Origin: Chrysomallon squamiferum
Lineage: Eukaryota > Animalia > Mollusca
NCBI GenBank assembly: GCA_012295275.1
Contig: CM022669.1
Span: 17,050,001 to 17,114,000 of the forward strand
Reading direction: 5' to 3'
DNA length: 64,000 nt
Below the pieces are notes generated by a model, which worked only from the letters and a program-made list of their open reading frames with translations, did not search any database and was not told where the DNA came from. This document shows, in pieces, positions 25,140-42,390 of this stretch. Within the stretch, counting starts at the first letter, position 1. Each line of letters opens with the position of its first letter. The translations under genes and the position numbers were made by a program.

Positions 25140-26240
25140 TGTGTCCATCCTGTGTATCAATATAATTATTATTGAGATGAAGTTTAGTGTTTTATCAATA
25201 TAAAACTGGATGAATCAAGTTTAGTGTCACTGCGTATCAACATAAAACATTGACATTTAAAACTGGATGAAAAGTTTAATTTGCATTTTTATCTATCAAG
25301 TTTAGTGTCACTGTGTATCAATATAAAACTGGATGAATCAAGTTTAGTGTCAGTGCATCAATATAAAACTGGATGCAAGACTCAGCAGGAGGATATAAAA
25401 ATTGAGTTTAGTGTTGTGTATCAATATAAAACAGTGAATCAAATTTAGTGTCACTGTGTATCAATATAAAACTGGATGAATCAAGTTTAGTGTCACTGCA
25501 TATCAATATAAAACAGTGAATCAAGTTTAGTGTCACTGTGTATCAATATAAAACAGTGAATCAAGTTTAGTGTCACTGTGTATCAATATAAAACAGTGAA
25601 TCAAGTTTAGTGAATCAAGTTTAGTGTCACTGTGTATCAATATAAAACTGTGAATCAAGTTTAGTGTCACTGTGTATCAATATAAAACTGTGAATCAAGT
25701 TTAGTGTCACTGTGTATCAATATAAAACTGTGAATCAAGTTTAGTGTCACTGTGTATCAATATAAAACTGTGAATCAAGTTTAGTGTCACTGTGTATCAA
25801 TATAAAACAGTGAATCAAGTTTAGTGTCACTGTGTATCAATATAAAACAGTGAATCAAGTTTAGTGTCACTGTGTATCAATATAAAACAGTGAATCAAAT
25901 TTACTGCTATTGCCAACCAATATATATATAGCATGATGAATCAAATTTACTGTGACCACATATCAATATAAAATGTTGAATCAAGTTTACTGTCACTGCA
26001 TATCAATATAAAATGTTGAATCAAATTTACTGTTACTGCATATCAATATAAAACAGGATGAATCAAATTTACTGCTATTGCCTACCAACATACAGCACAA
26101 TGAATCAACTTTACTATGACTGCATATTAATACAAAACATTATGAATCAATTTAACTGTTACATCATACCAAAATAAATGAATCAATTTTACTGTCACTG
26201 AATATCAAAAATCAAAACTGGATGACAGAAATTTACCTGT
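25140..26240. repeat. ~39-bp minisatellite with a homogeneous core and degenerate flanks
   Basis: Unit tgaatcaagtttagtgtcactgtgtatcaatataaaac(a/t)g is near-perfect at about 25430-25900 and diverges on both sides. Confidence 0.95.
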
Positions 26241-27636
26241 ATTGCACACCAATATAAACAGAACAAATCTGTTACTAAATACCTGTACAGATGAAATCAA
26301 AGTGTGAACTCTTTCACAGGTTTATCCTGTTACAAGCTTTCAGGGCTGTCAACTAATTAGTTAGCTGATTTCTGTAGATCTGTAACAGAACAACAGGTAC
26401 TTAAATGATTCCTTCTATAATCCTAACATAAGCTGAATAGTTACAGTTTGGCTTTTAATGAAGTCACAGCAGTATTCAAACGTGTGTGTGGGTGTGTGTG
26501 TGTGTGCACATGTGCACAGAAATTCCAGACAGTGTTATTAAAAGGAAATAAAACAACAAACAACATTCTATATTAAAATTTAAGCTAAAAAAACGTCACA
26601 CAGTATCAAAAGTTAAGATGTGTGTAAGATAAATAAAGGTCATCCAACATTAGAATTTAACACCAGCATACCATTTCATATAATTTTTTTAAAGAAAAAT
26701 GCAAGGCAATTTTATTTATAAATTTAGCACATACAACTGAAGATATTAAATTATATTACTGAAAAATAATAATAATCTACTAATTTATAAAACTCTTTAA
26801 ATTACACTTAACAGAAATCCTTCTACATCTATTTAGGTTTTTCAATATTAAAAAGAAAAGAAAGAAAAAAAAACAACGACTGGAGAATAAAGTTGTCCAA
26901 AATGCTATAAGGATTTTAATCAATAATATTGTCCTTACTGAATAAAATAAACACTCTCACATACAAAAATAAAATCCAATAAACAAAAAAAAATGCTATT
27001 TTCAAATGAAATCAAAAGAGCTGTTAAAAAAATAAAAAAAAAAAAAATAAATATGAACATAAAATAAAATATAATCTGTAAATATTATTATACTTTTTTT
27101 TGATCCTCATTCAGTTTAATTTTCTTCGAGTTTTTCATGTAATCAGCTTATATTACAATCAATAACATGTATCAGAAACATGTATTTCTATCAAAGTACA
27201 CTGTGACATTTCTCTGTCTTGATATAAAACACCGAATAATTCTTTAAACTGAACATTAAAAGAATTGTTCTTTCTCTTCTTATTCTCAATGAACTTTGTA
27301 TTTGAACTTTGTATTTAAAATATTTTATGTCTTGCACTTCTATCACCCAAAAGCCGATATTTTCTTTGTGCTTGGTTGTCATTAAACATTTATTCATTCA
27401 TTTACACTTCTGTTGTCAGTAATGTATTGTAAACTCTACGTCAGAAATATATATTCAAATAAATTTAAGCATCTGGCTCATATTTTGATCAATATTTTAA
27501 ATAATATTATTTTTGATATAAACACATATCAATATACATTCACATATGCTAGCATATGTATCTATGTATATATATATATAATATTCTTTGAATGCAATTT
27601 GTTTTCTAGTCTTAATATTTCAAATCAATCAATCAA

Positions 27637-27713
<77 letters not shown>

Positions 27714-29109
27714 TTCCTTTCTTTCATCTTTATCCCTTCATCTCTGATCGCTCTCCCTTTACCACCTATAAATAATGGCATGGCATGGGTGGGGCCACTA
27801 CTGGACTATTTCTTAGATTCACTATTGGACTAATGGAAGGTGTTTGGAGATGCTAATTTCCTTGGGTCAGGGGTCGCAATACACCTACCTTGTCCCCAGC
27901 TACTGACAACCAACACTACAGCTCTGCTTGTACACCAAATCTTTCAAAACCATTCTACATATACACCTACACTTAACAACCAGACATACCTGACCCACTG
28001 CTAACTGGTCATTATTCAATTAGCACTTTTCACTTTACCTCCAGCCATCTAATCAGTTGTTTCTTTTGTGTTAATCTAACCATTTAAAACTCAGTAACTC
28101 TCACCTCTGTAAAAACAGTGAACAAGAATCCCATTCTCTGTCCAAACCAGACCAAGAAAAGAAAGGCAGCCACTCAATACATCATTCACCTGGCTTGAAT
28201 ATTAAATTTATTTTGTAATTTGTTTTTAATATTTATTTATTTTTAAATTTTTGTTATTATTTGTTATTATTTTCTGCTATATCCTTTAGCTGTCAGCCTA
28301 TAAACAACTACATACTCCAAGGATATGTAAAAAGTTATGATAACTGTTATATTTTTATTTTCCTCAAGGACTATCAAACAAAAATACACTTGTTGTCTGC
28401 AGTAATTTGCAATGATAAAAAAAATACACCATTTTAAAGCATTTTGAAATATAGTTTGTAATTATTACTTTTTTTATAAAAAAATTATTGAATTTTTTTT
28501 TTTTTTTTTTTTTTTTTTTCCTCATTTTATGATTTGAAGATATTTGTGAAGATTACTGAAATTTTATTTAGAAATGCTAGTAATAATTATAATGATTAAA
28601 AAAAAAAAAAATTAATTTAACAAAATGTGAGAATTTCTAAATACACCTTTAAGCACTCCTCTACAAAAATCTGTCTGTCATCCACATCTCTGTAAAGCAT
28701 GCATGCATGCGCAACAACACACAGACACCTACACACACGTGCATCCATGGATTACAAACACCACAGACAGAGAGAGAAGAAGAAGAATCTCAAATAAAAT
28801 TATTTGCGGATGTGTTAAGAAAAACAAACTAACAAAGCAAACATTAATATCTACACTTTTACACAACCTTGAAATAATTAGACAAAAACTGTACATTATA
28901 TTAGTATTTTAAAAATAAATACATTAATAACAAGACAAAACCACAACTCCATTATTGATACTTATCACCACTATCTGAACTACATGAATAATTAAGAGAA
29001 ATTTATGACTTTTGTCTCCTAAAATAAAAAAATAAAAAAGCCCATCTCCAAAGCTTTTAATCAATAAACAGGACATTACAATGATTCATTTATCTTTGTT
29101 TACAAAACA

Positions 29110-29670
29110 ACGTATCAAAGATTAACTCATTACATACAAACCGTACCTTACCTTTGATCATGATGTTACAGATCAGTGTACAGAAAACACATCTATTAAA
29201 TGTGTTTACGTAAGAGATGAAGAATTGACTGCCAGTCTTCAACTGTTAACTTGCTTTATTCTATCAAATATCAAGTCATTACATACAGACTGTATTTTAC
29301 CTTTGGCTGTGAATTATAAATAATGTCTGTTTATATAAAAGATGAAGAACTGACAGCCAATCATCAAATGTGAATTTGCTCTATCATATCAAAGATAAAG
29401 TCATTACATACAGACTGTATATATCTTACCTTTAATCTATGAGTTACAAACCAGTGTACAGAAAACACATCTAATACATCTGTTTATATAAAAGATGAAT
29501 AGCTGACAGCCAATCATCAACTGTGAATCTGCTCTATTGTATCAAAGATTAAGTCATTACATACCAGCTGTATAATACTGTGAGTATTATATCAGTGTGC
29601 AGAAAACACATCTAACATTTCCATTTATAGAACTGATAGCCAGTTTTTTTCACTGTGAATTTGCTTTTAT
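29110..29670. repeat. Degenerate long-period tandem repeat (about 4 copies, ~120-160 bp)
   Basis: Recurring blocks tcaaagattaagtcattacatac, cagtgtacagaaaacacatcta and ctgacagccaatcatcaa. Confidence 0.75.
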
Positions 29671-30073
29671 TAAGTAGAGTTATAAATGGACACATGAGTG
29701 TCTAACAGGCATACTGTAACAAGAAAAATCAATTGCCGTCACTATGAAAACCATCAAAAAATAAATGACATTTACGTTTTTCATCTTGTCTTCTAAGAAA
29801 AAAAAATATATAATAATAAAAAACATAAATTGCCTTTGAGCATAAAAAACAGCAGCAAGTCATGTTTTCGTTTTCTTTTTAATAAGTCACTTGAATTGAT
29901 GTAATAGTTAGTGTGCAAAAAAGATATCTATTTTCAGACTGAAACAAATATACATTTGAACAAATGGACACATATAGCGACATACAAATATAGACAAATA
30001 TAGACAAATAAACACATAAATGCGTATGTACTCAAGCAAGCATGCACCTGCATGTTGTACTCTTATACATAAA

Positions 30074-30120
<47 letters not shown>

Positions 30121-31844
30121 GAATAAGCATACAAAAAAAAAAAGTTAAACACACACAGAAACAAAACTAATTTCATAGTGATGCCACTTTGAAATGTAAT
30201 CTGAATAAAAATTTTCAAAATCACAAAATTTTATTATGTGAGATATATACGTAACTAAATCCAAAAATAAAACACCTTAGTACTACAAGTTAATTTTCTG
30301 TTTATTCCAGCATCTCCATTTCCGGTAATACAAGATCCGATGTACGTTTAAACATGTCTACAGACAGCTTCACCAAATGTTAACAATTTCTTGACAGCAG
30401 TGGTCGTATGTAAGACACGAATAATCGACTTTGAGTGGGTTTCAACAAGTGAGCTGCCAGCAAAACCAGTTGTAATTAGTCAGTGCAAAATCAGTTTGTA
30501 TTAACTAGTTATGTACAGTGTGTTAAATAGCTGTATGCAATGTTATGTAAAGTAGCTGTATACAGTATAATATTAATGTTAAACAGATGCATGCAATATT
30601 ATTTCAAATATTATACTGTTATGTTAAACAATATCATACTGTTATTCTAAACAGCTGTATGGATTATAATATTAAATATTGTTATGTTAAAATATATATA
30701 TATATAATATATTATTTTAATGTTATGTCAAATAGCTTATACAATATTATATTAGATATACAGTAACGTTAAACAAATGCATACAATAATATATTGTTAT
30801 GGTAGTTGTATGCAATATAACAGCCATATTAGCTGTGTACAGTTATATTAATATTATATTAACCAGCTGCATGAAATATTATATACAGTTATATTAAATA
30901 GTTGCATACGTTATACTGCTGTGTTAAATAGATGTAAAGTCTGCATGGCTCTTTACAATGTGTTTTGTGAACAATTGAAATTTTTACTTTATTCTTCTTT
31001 TTCATTGTATACAAATCATTTTCATATTCCTCTGTTTGATACGCAATAGCCAGCATTTTTTTATGTGCTAGGATGTCATTAAACATTCATTCGTTCGTTC
31101 GTTCATTCATTCATTCAAATAGTTGTATACAAAATTATATTCGTATATTAAATGACTGACTATAAATAGCTTTTTAACAAGTTCATTTGCTGCCATGAAA
31201 ATCAGAAAAAAATTAGCTGTATATAATACAACATATTGTAATGTTAACTGGTTGTATAGAATATTTTATTGTTGATTTAAAAAGTTGAATACAATAGTTT
31301 ATATAATATTTTATTACTATGTTAATGTAAAGAGTTGTACATAGAGAGAAAGACAGCAACATGAACACACACAGACACACACGCACACACACGCACAGAC
31401 ACACACCAAACAACATGCACCACCTACACACATACAAAACAACAAACAAAAACGGGGGAGTTTTCATAATATAAATTAACACCATTCTATTCAAGCTACA
31501 TTAAAGAAGAAGTAAATAAAAGAAAACCTGAATGTAAGTTTTTACCAACAAAAATCACTAAAAACATACACACAATTACCAGGGGTTTTTTTTTGTGGTT
31601 TTTTTTCCCACACTGCTTACTAGAAAAGAAATTTAAAAAAAAGGAAGACAGAAATGATAAGGTAAAACTAAGAGTAAACACAGCTGATAAAGCCGACACA
31701 TACCACAGATATATCACAACTTGTCGTGCAAAATGACAATTCACTGGCAGTAACAATACATTTTTTATATATACCTGTTTTATCTCTACCCCCAAAGGAC
31801 ACACAAAACAACAAGGAACAACAATAATAAGCTGCAGAATGTTA

Positions 31845-31880
<36 letters not shown>

Positions 31881-32097
31881 TTGTATACCCAGATGTGAGC
31901 CAAAATCTCAAAAGAATAATAATAATAATAATAATAGCTAAATAAGTATTTCTATACATTATCTCTCTCACACACACATACACATACACGCATACCAGAT
32001 GTGAACAGACTTCCTGATCAGATCTTCAAAGAACAACAATAATGTTAAGTTATGGAATTTCTCTAAATTATTTCACACACACACACACCCACACACC

Positions 32098-32137
<40 letters not shown>

Positions 32138-34375
32138 TATACCTATATATCTATATATATATATATAAAAAATACCAACTGTGAGACACGTCCAAACTTG
32201 ACCCTTGTCCACCTCTGGCCCACACAAACCCAGTAAATTCTGTTTTTCCAGGTGGAGTTTGTATTCTACGCAATCCCAGGCCGTTCTTGAAAGTGGCTAA
32301 TAAAGTCAGAGTGTTAATTCACCTGTAATCACCGGTAATAAACAGCCAATAATAATAACCCTAACTTAGAGGTCCTAACAGAGCCCAACTGGACAAGAAA
32401 GACCAGGTGCTAAGAATCATCAGTTATTACTTGTTATATAACAACTGAAGTTTCCACACCAGCCAATCAGATCGGTCAGTTACTGGTGTATTGATGTGTG
32501 TGGCAGACAAAGGTGAAGCAGACAAGTTGTGTTATTTTATGTTTGATGTGTTCTCACTGAAATATGCAGAGAGATAGTATCTCAAAATGGACGAACTTGC
32601 TGGAGGTAAAAATATTAATCAGAAAGCCATGGAATTGATCAGATATTGCAATCAATTATTAGTATTAGAAGTATTAGTTAGTAGTAGTGATAGTAGTATT
32701 TTGATTTTTGCAGTGACATGTGGATGCTTATTTTGTAACCCGCTAATGTTATTTTTTTCAACTATTGTCTTGTTGCAACAACAACAATAATGAAAAATAA
32801 ATGATATTTTATCAGTCGAAATGATTGTTGATAACTGCTAATCTGAGTGGGAAGATTTTTTTTTTTTTTTAACTATCTGAACTGTTCATATCTAATTATT
32901 TTCTTCAATTTTTTTCAAGTTATGGAATAGTAATTTCATTAACCGAAAAATTGCTGAACTATTACCCTGACCGACATTAAACATTTTTAAAACTAATATC
33001 CAAATCCATTGATATGAAAATCAATTTCAAAATAAATGAAATAATAATTCCAAAGCATTAAAAACTGCCGAATTTATAACAAATTACTATAAATTTTAAC
33101 TTATGAAGTCTCTTTTGACTTAAATTTTATCCAGTAAAACTACATGTATTATATTTTAGAATGATCTGTATTTAACAAAAATATATTAATTTTTATTATT
33201 AGGAATTTTTTTCAGCTCTCTATATTTAAATATTTACCACAGAAAATATCAATAATATATAGCTTATATATATATATAATATGTGCACACTGAACATAAA
33301 GTCAATATCATATGGCTAGGAATATATAATTAAATATCTGCTGTAGAATAAAGTCAATATAACAAGATCTGGTATATATAATTATTTTAGACATCTACAT
33401 CGAAACACAACAAACAAATGAAAATGTTTGTATTTAAATATTTACCACAAACGTTATTACACATCTTTCAATATATAATTGTAATTAAGTATCTACTAGA
33501 GAAAAGTCAATATTACCCAGCTTTTAATATACATTTAATAAAGTCAGTACTGTATGCTTGTGAAATAAAATATTAGTATTTAATTTGTTATCTGTCGGGA
33601 ATGGTTAATTATTACATTCACGTGATTATATGTTGATATGTGTGTGTTTGTGTGTTTTTATTTGTGAGTTTGTGAATGTACATGCACATATACACATAAA
33701 GAACAAACATTTTGTTCAGAATTGTGAATTTCTAAACAAACTTCATAGTTCACTGCATAATTCTAAAATGTACTGTGTATTTCTGTTCTCCATACTGTTG
33801 ACAATATTATATATAACAGGTTATATATATGTTTGTGTGTATATTTATATGTATGTATGTATGAATATATGGATATAGGGACAGATATGTCAGTGTGTCC
33901 GTGTGTGTGTGTGTGTGTGTTTTTATATCTACATATGGATATGTATGTATGAATATGTATGTATAAATGTATATACATATATATTTTCTATAGTGAGAGC
34001 CAGTATTACATGGCTTGAAGTAGGCATCTCTATTAGATATCAAGATCTCGAACTGTGACCAGCAAAACATTTCAATCAGTGAAACAATCTGGACACATGA
34101 AGCCTTGTCAAAGACAGTGTATCAGACATTTAGCTTTCCAAGCCTTTGTAGTGCAGAATAACCTGTCAGATGAAGGAACAGAAAGGAATATCTGACATGT
34201 ATTGTTCAATCAAGATGTACCTGTGGTGGCATACACACAGGTAGAACATTTTGTTTACATTCAGTTTTCTTTTATTTACTTCTCCTTTAATGTGGCTTGA
34301 ACAAACAGTGTTAATTTTTATACTGTGAACTCCCCTGTTTTTGTTTTGTTTGTTTTTTTTTGTTTGTTTTGTAAA

Positions 34376-34532
<157 letters not shown>

Positions 34533-34686
34533 GTGGCTAACACTAGAAAAAAACCCACTAATAACAAAAACCGGTACAAATTATTACATGAACATCTTGC
34601 AGATACACACTAGTATATCAAACAGTACATAACCAACTTTTTGCAGTAATGAGTAAATGAGTATTTAATACCAACTCTGTTAACTT

Positions 34687-34737
<51 letters not shown>

Positions 34738-35300
34738 CAAACAACAACAACAACAACAATACTACCAAACATCAACACTGTTATAATAAATACAAATATT
34801 TTTCTCCACCATACTCACACACACACACACACAAAACAAAATAAACTAAAGTTTACATTTAACCTTACCACTGAAGCCGTAGTACAGTTCTAATCCTGTT
34901 CACACACACTGAAATAAACTAACTGAGACTTGTCAAACCAGTCATGTGTCTTTTAGTATGTGTGTGTGTCATACATACCTGTATATACATATGTATGTAG
35001 TGCAATGATACCTACCTGTAATTATGTTGTTCACCTTGGTTTAGCACTGGTTCTACACACACACAGTAGACAGCAAGCTGTCACTGTGGTTGTTTACATT
35101 GTAAACGGTGCTACTGACCACTCTAGTATTTATTAAAATGGATTATTATCAATCAAGCACATCTGGCTGTGACTGTATTTTTGTTATTGATCTCAGTTGT
35201 TTTTTTTTTTTTTTTTTTTCTGAATTTTTTTTTTTTTTTTTTTAAAGAAAATGTGTTAGTGATAAAATGAATCATACCTTTGCATGTATGTAGATATGTG

Positions 35301-35391
<91 letters not shown>

Positions 35392-36769
35392 CCTATACAC
35401 ACACACACACACATACATATATATAAATACACATACATATAGATATATACATATATATAAATACACACACACACACACACACACACATGTATAATTATTA
35501 TGTATGTTTTAATTTTAAAATAAGAACAAGAGGTTACATAAAACTAAAGACTTACCAGCTGGATGTTGTCAAATCAGAAGTACAACAAATGTGTTCAGGT
35601 CTTAGCAGTACAGTGTGTTTGAATGTGTCTGCGTGTATGTTTACACACGAAGTTAAAATTACTAAAGCTATATAATTTTAAAAGGTCTGGAAAGAAATTA
35701 GAAAATAGATGCATTTGTCCTTGTGTTTGTTATAACAGTAGTATATGTGAAAGTGTTGTAATGTGATAAACATTTGTTATTTTCCAAATGTACTGTGTAA
35801 TAATCAAAACAGAAATGTAATTATTCTGGAACAGCTTGGGAATGTATATATGCATGTGTGTGTTTTTGTGTGTATTTCAATGTGTGTGCAACTGTGAGTG
35901 TGCATGTATATGTGTGTCTATATATGTATGTCTGTATATGTGTGTCTATATATGTGTGTCTATATATGTGTCTATATATGTGCCCATGACCCATTGTCTG
36001 TGACAACAAAACTCTTTTCTTTTTTTTTTTAAATTACAGCACTGTTAAAAAAAGCCAGTCTGGGTGAATACACCTTTATCACCTTGAATATATATATAAA
36101 AAAATTTAATCAAGGACAAATTATACTAACTGTGAATACAAATTATGTCAAACTATTAAAAATGTAAGAACTGTATTGCAAACCATGTATTAGTGTATCT
36201 AATAAATAAATAAAATGAAATAAATTAAATTAAATTAAATTAAAAAAAATAATAATAATAGTAATATACATATTATCAATAAAATAAACTGTAATATGCA
36301 ATTTGTGAGCAAACCCATCTGAAACATCAATCTACTGCTGTTGTAATTTTAACATTTTTTTTTTTTTTTTTTTTTTAAACACATACCTCCATGTGTGCAC
36401 ACAAACATGTTACTTGTATGTAACCCAACACTGAACCATATCATTCGTTTTCTTGATAAATCTCAGTATTACCAACATTAATATCCCTGCGTAGTTCCTG
36501 CTAATTTTTATTTCCAAAATTCACATAATCCAACTACTGGAGTCCGATTAATGGATTGATACCTGTTAATATAACATGATATCTCACTGAGGCCTGTAAC
36601 ATATACGTTTGTATCTTACTGAAACAGCTGTTTTGTCACTGTGAGTCATTGTACGGAGTCTCAGATACTCTCTCAGAGGGTCTTTATCAGTTATGGTAGC
36701 AGCCCAGATTATGGACAGAAAAGATGTGTTTATGCCAGAATTAACAGGTTTCTAAACAGGGTCCTTTGT

Positions 36770-37377
<608 letters not shown>

Positions 37378-39249
37378 TAACCATTAAGATTTTACGACAT
37401 GCATGTGAAGTCGTATTCAAACATCACAGTCTCTCTGGCACATAAAAGGATAGCTCTGTACAGATTACATAATAAAAGGAAATATTAAATTACAAGTTAA
37501 GGCAATTAAAGTATATTAATATCGCTAGACGGTTGGGTAGGTTCAAGTATAACTGTCCTGGTCCTGTGATAAGGTGGTTTATGTCTGTAACAAATAAAAT
37601 AGCTGAACTGACAGCTTTAACATTTTTATTTCTGCCTGCCATCTGTGAATTTATCTTTATTACCATTTCAACAAATTATCAGGTTATGCAACTGCCATTT
37701 TGGATTTTGGATATATGAAGTGTTAACAATTCTGAAAGGCTCAGTATCAAATACAGTTAGAAGATGTAATTATTAAAAAAGGTTTTAAAAGAAAAAAAAA
37801 TGAAAAATAATAAGAAAGAAAGAAAGAAAAAAATAACAAAACACACACACACACACATATGTATGTATGTATATATTCTTTTTTCTTCAGATTCTGAACT
37901 TGCTTGTTGCTTAGTTTTTAAGAGTATTCATTTGTACAGATTACACATCGTATTCAGGATATTGGTTACTGCGTGTATTCGAATATTTGTCACATTGTGT
38001 ATTTTCAGTAACACAGACATACCAGTAATATATCCACAACTTTTAAGAAGTCAATGTTCTGTGACTGACAGTAATGGAAATTCATGCATTATTTATATCA
38101 TAGTTTTCATTCTGCGGTTCATGAATGGATGAATGGACACATCAGTAACACTTCTGTAACTGTTACTGACAAGCCTGAGTTCTGTAACTAGCAGTAATTT
38201 TATACTCAAGTTTCCATTTCATAGATAGATGGATGGAAGCATGTATGGACAGATGGATGGACAGATACATCACCAAAACCACCATAACTTTTACTGACAT
38301 GCTCATAATCAGGTTTCGTTTTAATAGATGGATGGATGGATGGATGGATGGAGGGTGGGAGTGATGGACAGATAGATGGACACATTATCAATTACAACTT
38401 TTACTAACAAGTTTACAATAAGAAGCATGTCTTCTGTAACCAACAGTAATTTTACAATCAGGTTTTCATTCTCTAGATGGAAGGATGGATGTATGGATGG
38501 ATGGACTAGTGTAACTTTTACTGATAAACATAAATACAATTCAATGCAAATAAAGGGAGTGGCCCAAGTCCTATCTCCCCACACTTCAGTCAACATTTCC
38601 GTTCTTACCATCTGTTTCCAGAACTGATATTTTAGTTTTTCATTTCACTCCAGTGTTGCATTTCCTCATCATGTAAAACAAACAGAATAAAACTAATTGC
38701 TTAATGACAGCTCAAAGTAGCTTTTCCATTTGGCTAAACAAATTTCCTGTTCTCTGTATTATCTGTTTTACCACAGAACGACTCTTCGAATGCAAGGGTC
38801 ACCTATCTGTGTTATTAAACACACTAATCATTTCCTGTATGACACAAACAGGAGATATAAATTATACTGCGCCGCGACTGATGGTGAATCTTTTTATGAA
38901 AATCTTTTGCAGGTTGCTGTTTTTTTAAGATGCCATAACAGATATCTTCCATTTATTTATGTTTATTTCTTTTTTAATAATATTTGTGTAAATATGTAAA
39001 CTATTGTAAGATATGCCATGCTGGAACTGCCCTGCAATTAAATAACAAACCTTTTTTTTTTTTTTCTCTCCCTGTTTGTATGTATAATAAATTTTATATC
39101 TCTAAGTAATACATATACAGATATACAGAAATACACAGAAATTCAAACATATAATAAACATACATACATACAAATGCACAAATACCTGTGCATTTATACT
39201 CATTTGTTCATATAAACACCACAATGAAAAAAAAAGAAAAAGAAAAGAA

Positions 39250-39332
39250 ACACACATACACACACTCACATACACACGTACACACACACACACACACGTA
39301 CACACATATACACTCACATACATACATACACC

Positions 39333-39368
<36 letters not shown>

Positions 39369-39474
39369 CACACACACACACACACACATACACACATACA
39401 CACACACACACTCACATGCACACACATACACACACTCTTACACACACACACACACACACGTACACACACACACA

Positions 39475-39529
<55 letters not shown>

Positions 39530-39545
39530 ACACTCTCACATACAC
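39250..39545. repeat. Imperfect (CA)n microsatellite
   Basis: Read directly. Confidence 0.93.
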
Positions 39546-39959
39546 TGGCTTGACTCAGTCATGGATTCACTGTTGCTTATTTGCCAATGCTGATGTTGGG
39601 AACTTCAAATGAAGATATTAATGCGTGTTATGACAAAAATCTAACACAATCTGTGTTCCACTGCCAAAATGTATTTAGGAATTTCTGTATGATATGGTTA
39701 TCTCTGGAAGGATTTAAAAAAAAAAAAACCCACACACACGTTGCAAAAATCCACTTTTTATAAAATAACAGGGTTATCAAAACTGAGCAATTTGTAACCA
39801 GATATATTATTCCCTCCATCTTTTTCTAAACTCATGGAAAATTATGAAATATATTTAAATTTAAGTGACAGCTGCAAATTTTCACACTCAGATTTAAGCA
39901 GAATTTGATATACGATGAGAGTTAAACAAGTAAAAAATTTTAAAGTCTTGTTGATAATT

Positions 39960-40039
<80 letters not shown>

Positions 40040-41122
40040 ATAATGTATTTATATTTTTCTTTATCTCTTATCCTTTCTTAGTATTAAAAATAAGATATAA
40101 CATCTCTGAAATAATTTAAATAATAACAACAATACATATGTGTGTGTGTGTGTGTGTATGAGAGTGTGTGTGTGAGTGTGTGTGTATTTGTGTGTGTGTG
40201 TGTGTGTATTTATATATATATGTAAAATCTAACAGATTAATATATCAACAGTGAACCTATCTCATGACCCTCAGAATCCCAAGCTAATATTATCATCACT
40301 TAATAATAATAATCTCGTCCTCTCCCAGTGCAGTAACAGGTGTTAACGCTACAAGACGTAGATGAAAACTAGCAGTATATCCTGTCACATTAACACTATC
40401 TCCGTGTAAAGTCTTTCCCTGGGATGCTTGCCAGCAGGTCATACTGGATTCAGGATAATATATATGTGTATATATATATATTCTTCTCTCTCTGAAACTG
40501 ATAATTCTGTTAGTTCAACCTTTTAACTTACTGATGACCTATATGTGTGTGTGTGCGTGTGTTCTCACAAATCAAAGAGGAAATGGAAAATTAAGAAGAC
40601 ACAAAAAAAAAGAAAAAAAAGAAGAAAAATGGAAATAAAAGATGAGGGTATGGATCATAAAACATTTTTATTGGTGGTCCAGAACTGTTATTGTGAATAA
40701 TAAAAAAAATTGATGATAGTGATGATGATGATGATGATGATGATAAAGTTTTGTCTTTGCACAATAAAAGGTAGATTAGGTTCTAATTTAAATCAAAATA
40801 AAATAATAATTACTTTTATTATTTTATTTTTTCCCCACGTTAGTCATAGTTAGTGTTCTGTAATTGGTTATAAAGATTTTGCTGCATATGGGAAGGTTCT
40901 TATTTTGAAACAGAGAATGCTAATTAATAATAGTAATCACTGGGGTGATGACCTTTGGTTTCTTTTCTCAAATCATCATTAAATAAAGTGTTTTTGACAC
41001 CTGAAAGACTGTTAACAATACAAGATGGTGAAACAGTTGCACAAATAATTATTCTTCAGTTTGCCTGACATTTTATAATCATACACAGTCAAATTATTTA
41101 AATTTCTAAAATTTAAATTACA

Positions 41123-41207
<85 letters not shown>

Positions 41208-42129
41208 TAATACTAATAATTTTTTTTTTTAAATTAAAAATTAAAAGTCAAATACAAATAGCACATTTTAACAAACAAAAAATTATAAAATTTTGTCAGT
41301 TCCAACCAGATGCTCTTCACAACATAACACAGCACAAAATAACAGATATGTCAGAATTTGAACCCAAGCTGCATCATCAAAGACGTCCATGCCAGGTTTT
41401 CTCAGACCGTGCGCTGCTGCTGGTGAAACAGATAGAGGAAATGGCATTTCCGCTTTTGTTCTAAATCCAGGAGTTCATCAGCATGTTGTAAATGTCAGGT
41501 GCATCACTGCACTTCACATCTGGCAGCAATAAAGAAAGAAATAAAAATTTAAATCTGCTTACTGTAATTCCTTTACTGATGTAGTAAAAAGTATTTGGCA
41601 CGGGAAGAAAAAAAAAAAAATAAAAAAAATGTCAGGATCTAGGGATCAGATGGTCAGTGTGTGCCAATATTTATTTTTTATTTTCTTTTTTAATTTTGTT
41701 TTTATTGTTTGTGGTAGTGGTGATAGTCATTGGTTATTTGCAATAGTAGAAGTATAGTAGTAATATAATACTAGTGTTAGTAGTGTTAATAATTATAGTG
41801 ATGTAACAGTAGTTGCAATAATGATGACATGACAACGACAGCAGCAATAGTAGTAATAACTGTAGTAATAGCTGTTGTTGGTGTAATTGTTGCAGCAGTA
41901 GTTGTAGGTGTATATCTATCTATATAATAGTTGTTGTAGTAGCAGTAGAGGTAGTAGTATAGTTTTAGTTATAGCAGTGGTAGTATAGCTGTAGTAATAG
42001 CTGTTGTAATGGCTATTGTAGGAGTAGTTGTAGTTGTAGTTGTAGCAGTAGAGATAGTATAGCTGCTACAGGAGTAGTTGTTTTCAAACCAGAAGAATAA
42101 ATAAACATTCTAGCTCTCCTGTATTGAAG

Positions 42130-42390
42130 TTCCATGGTTAAGCACAATGAGTCACAGGATCAGACATCCTCAAAGTAGCAACTGGGCCATTTCCCATTCC
42201 AACTAGTACAGGTTTATCAAATGTTGTGGTATATACTGTACTGTCTGTTCAGGAAACATTAAAACAAATATTTTCATGTACTGGGTTTGTAATTCCCTTA
42301 TCTCCATGGAATGTAATAAAAGCTAGATGCAATAAACCATGGATTAAAAAAAAAAAGTGCTGACTGCATCATTAAATGCAGCACTCATTC
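42130..42390 (+). mobile_element. Old SINE-like body; related fragments at about 52130-52260, 55425-55457 and 63015-63060
   Basis: Shared fragments caggatca(a)tcct and ttatcaaa(t/g)g..gtggtat among dispersed sites, all highly decayed. Confidence 0.35.
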
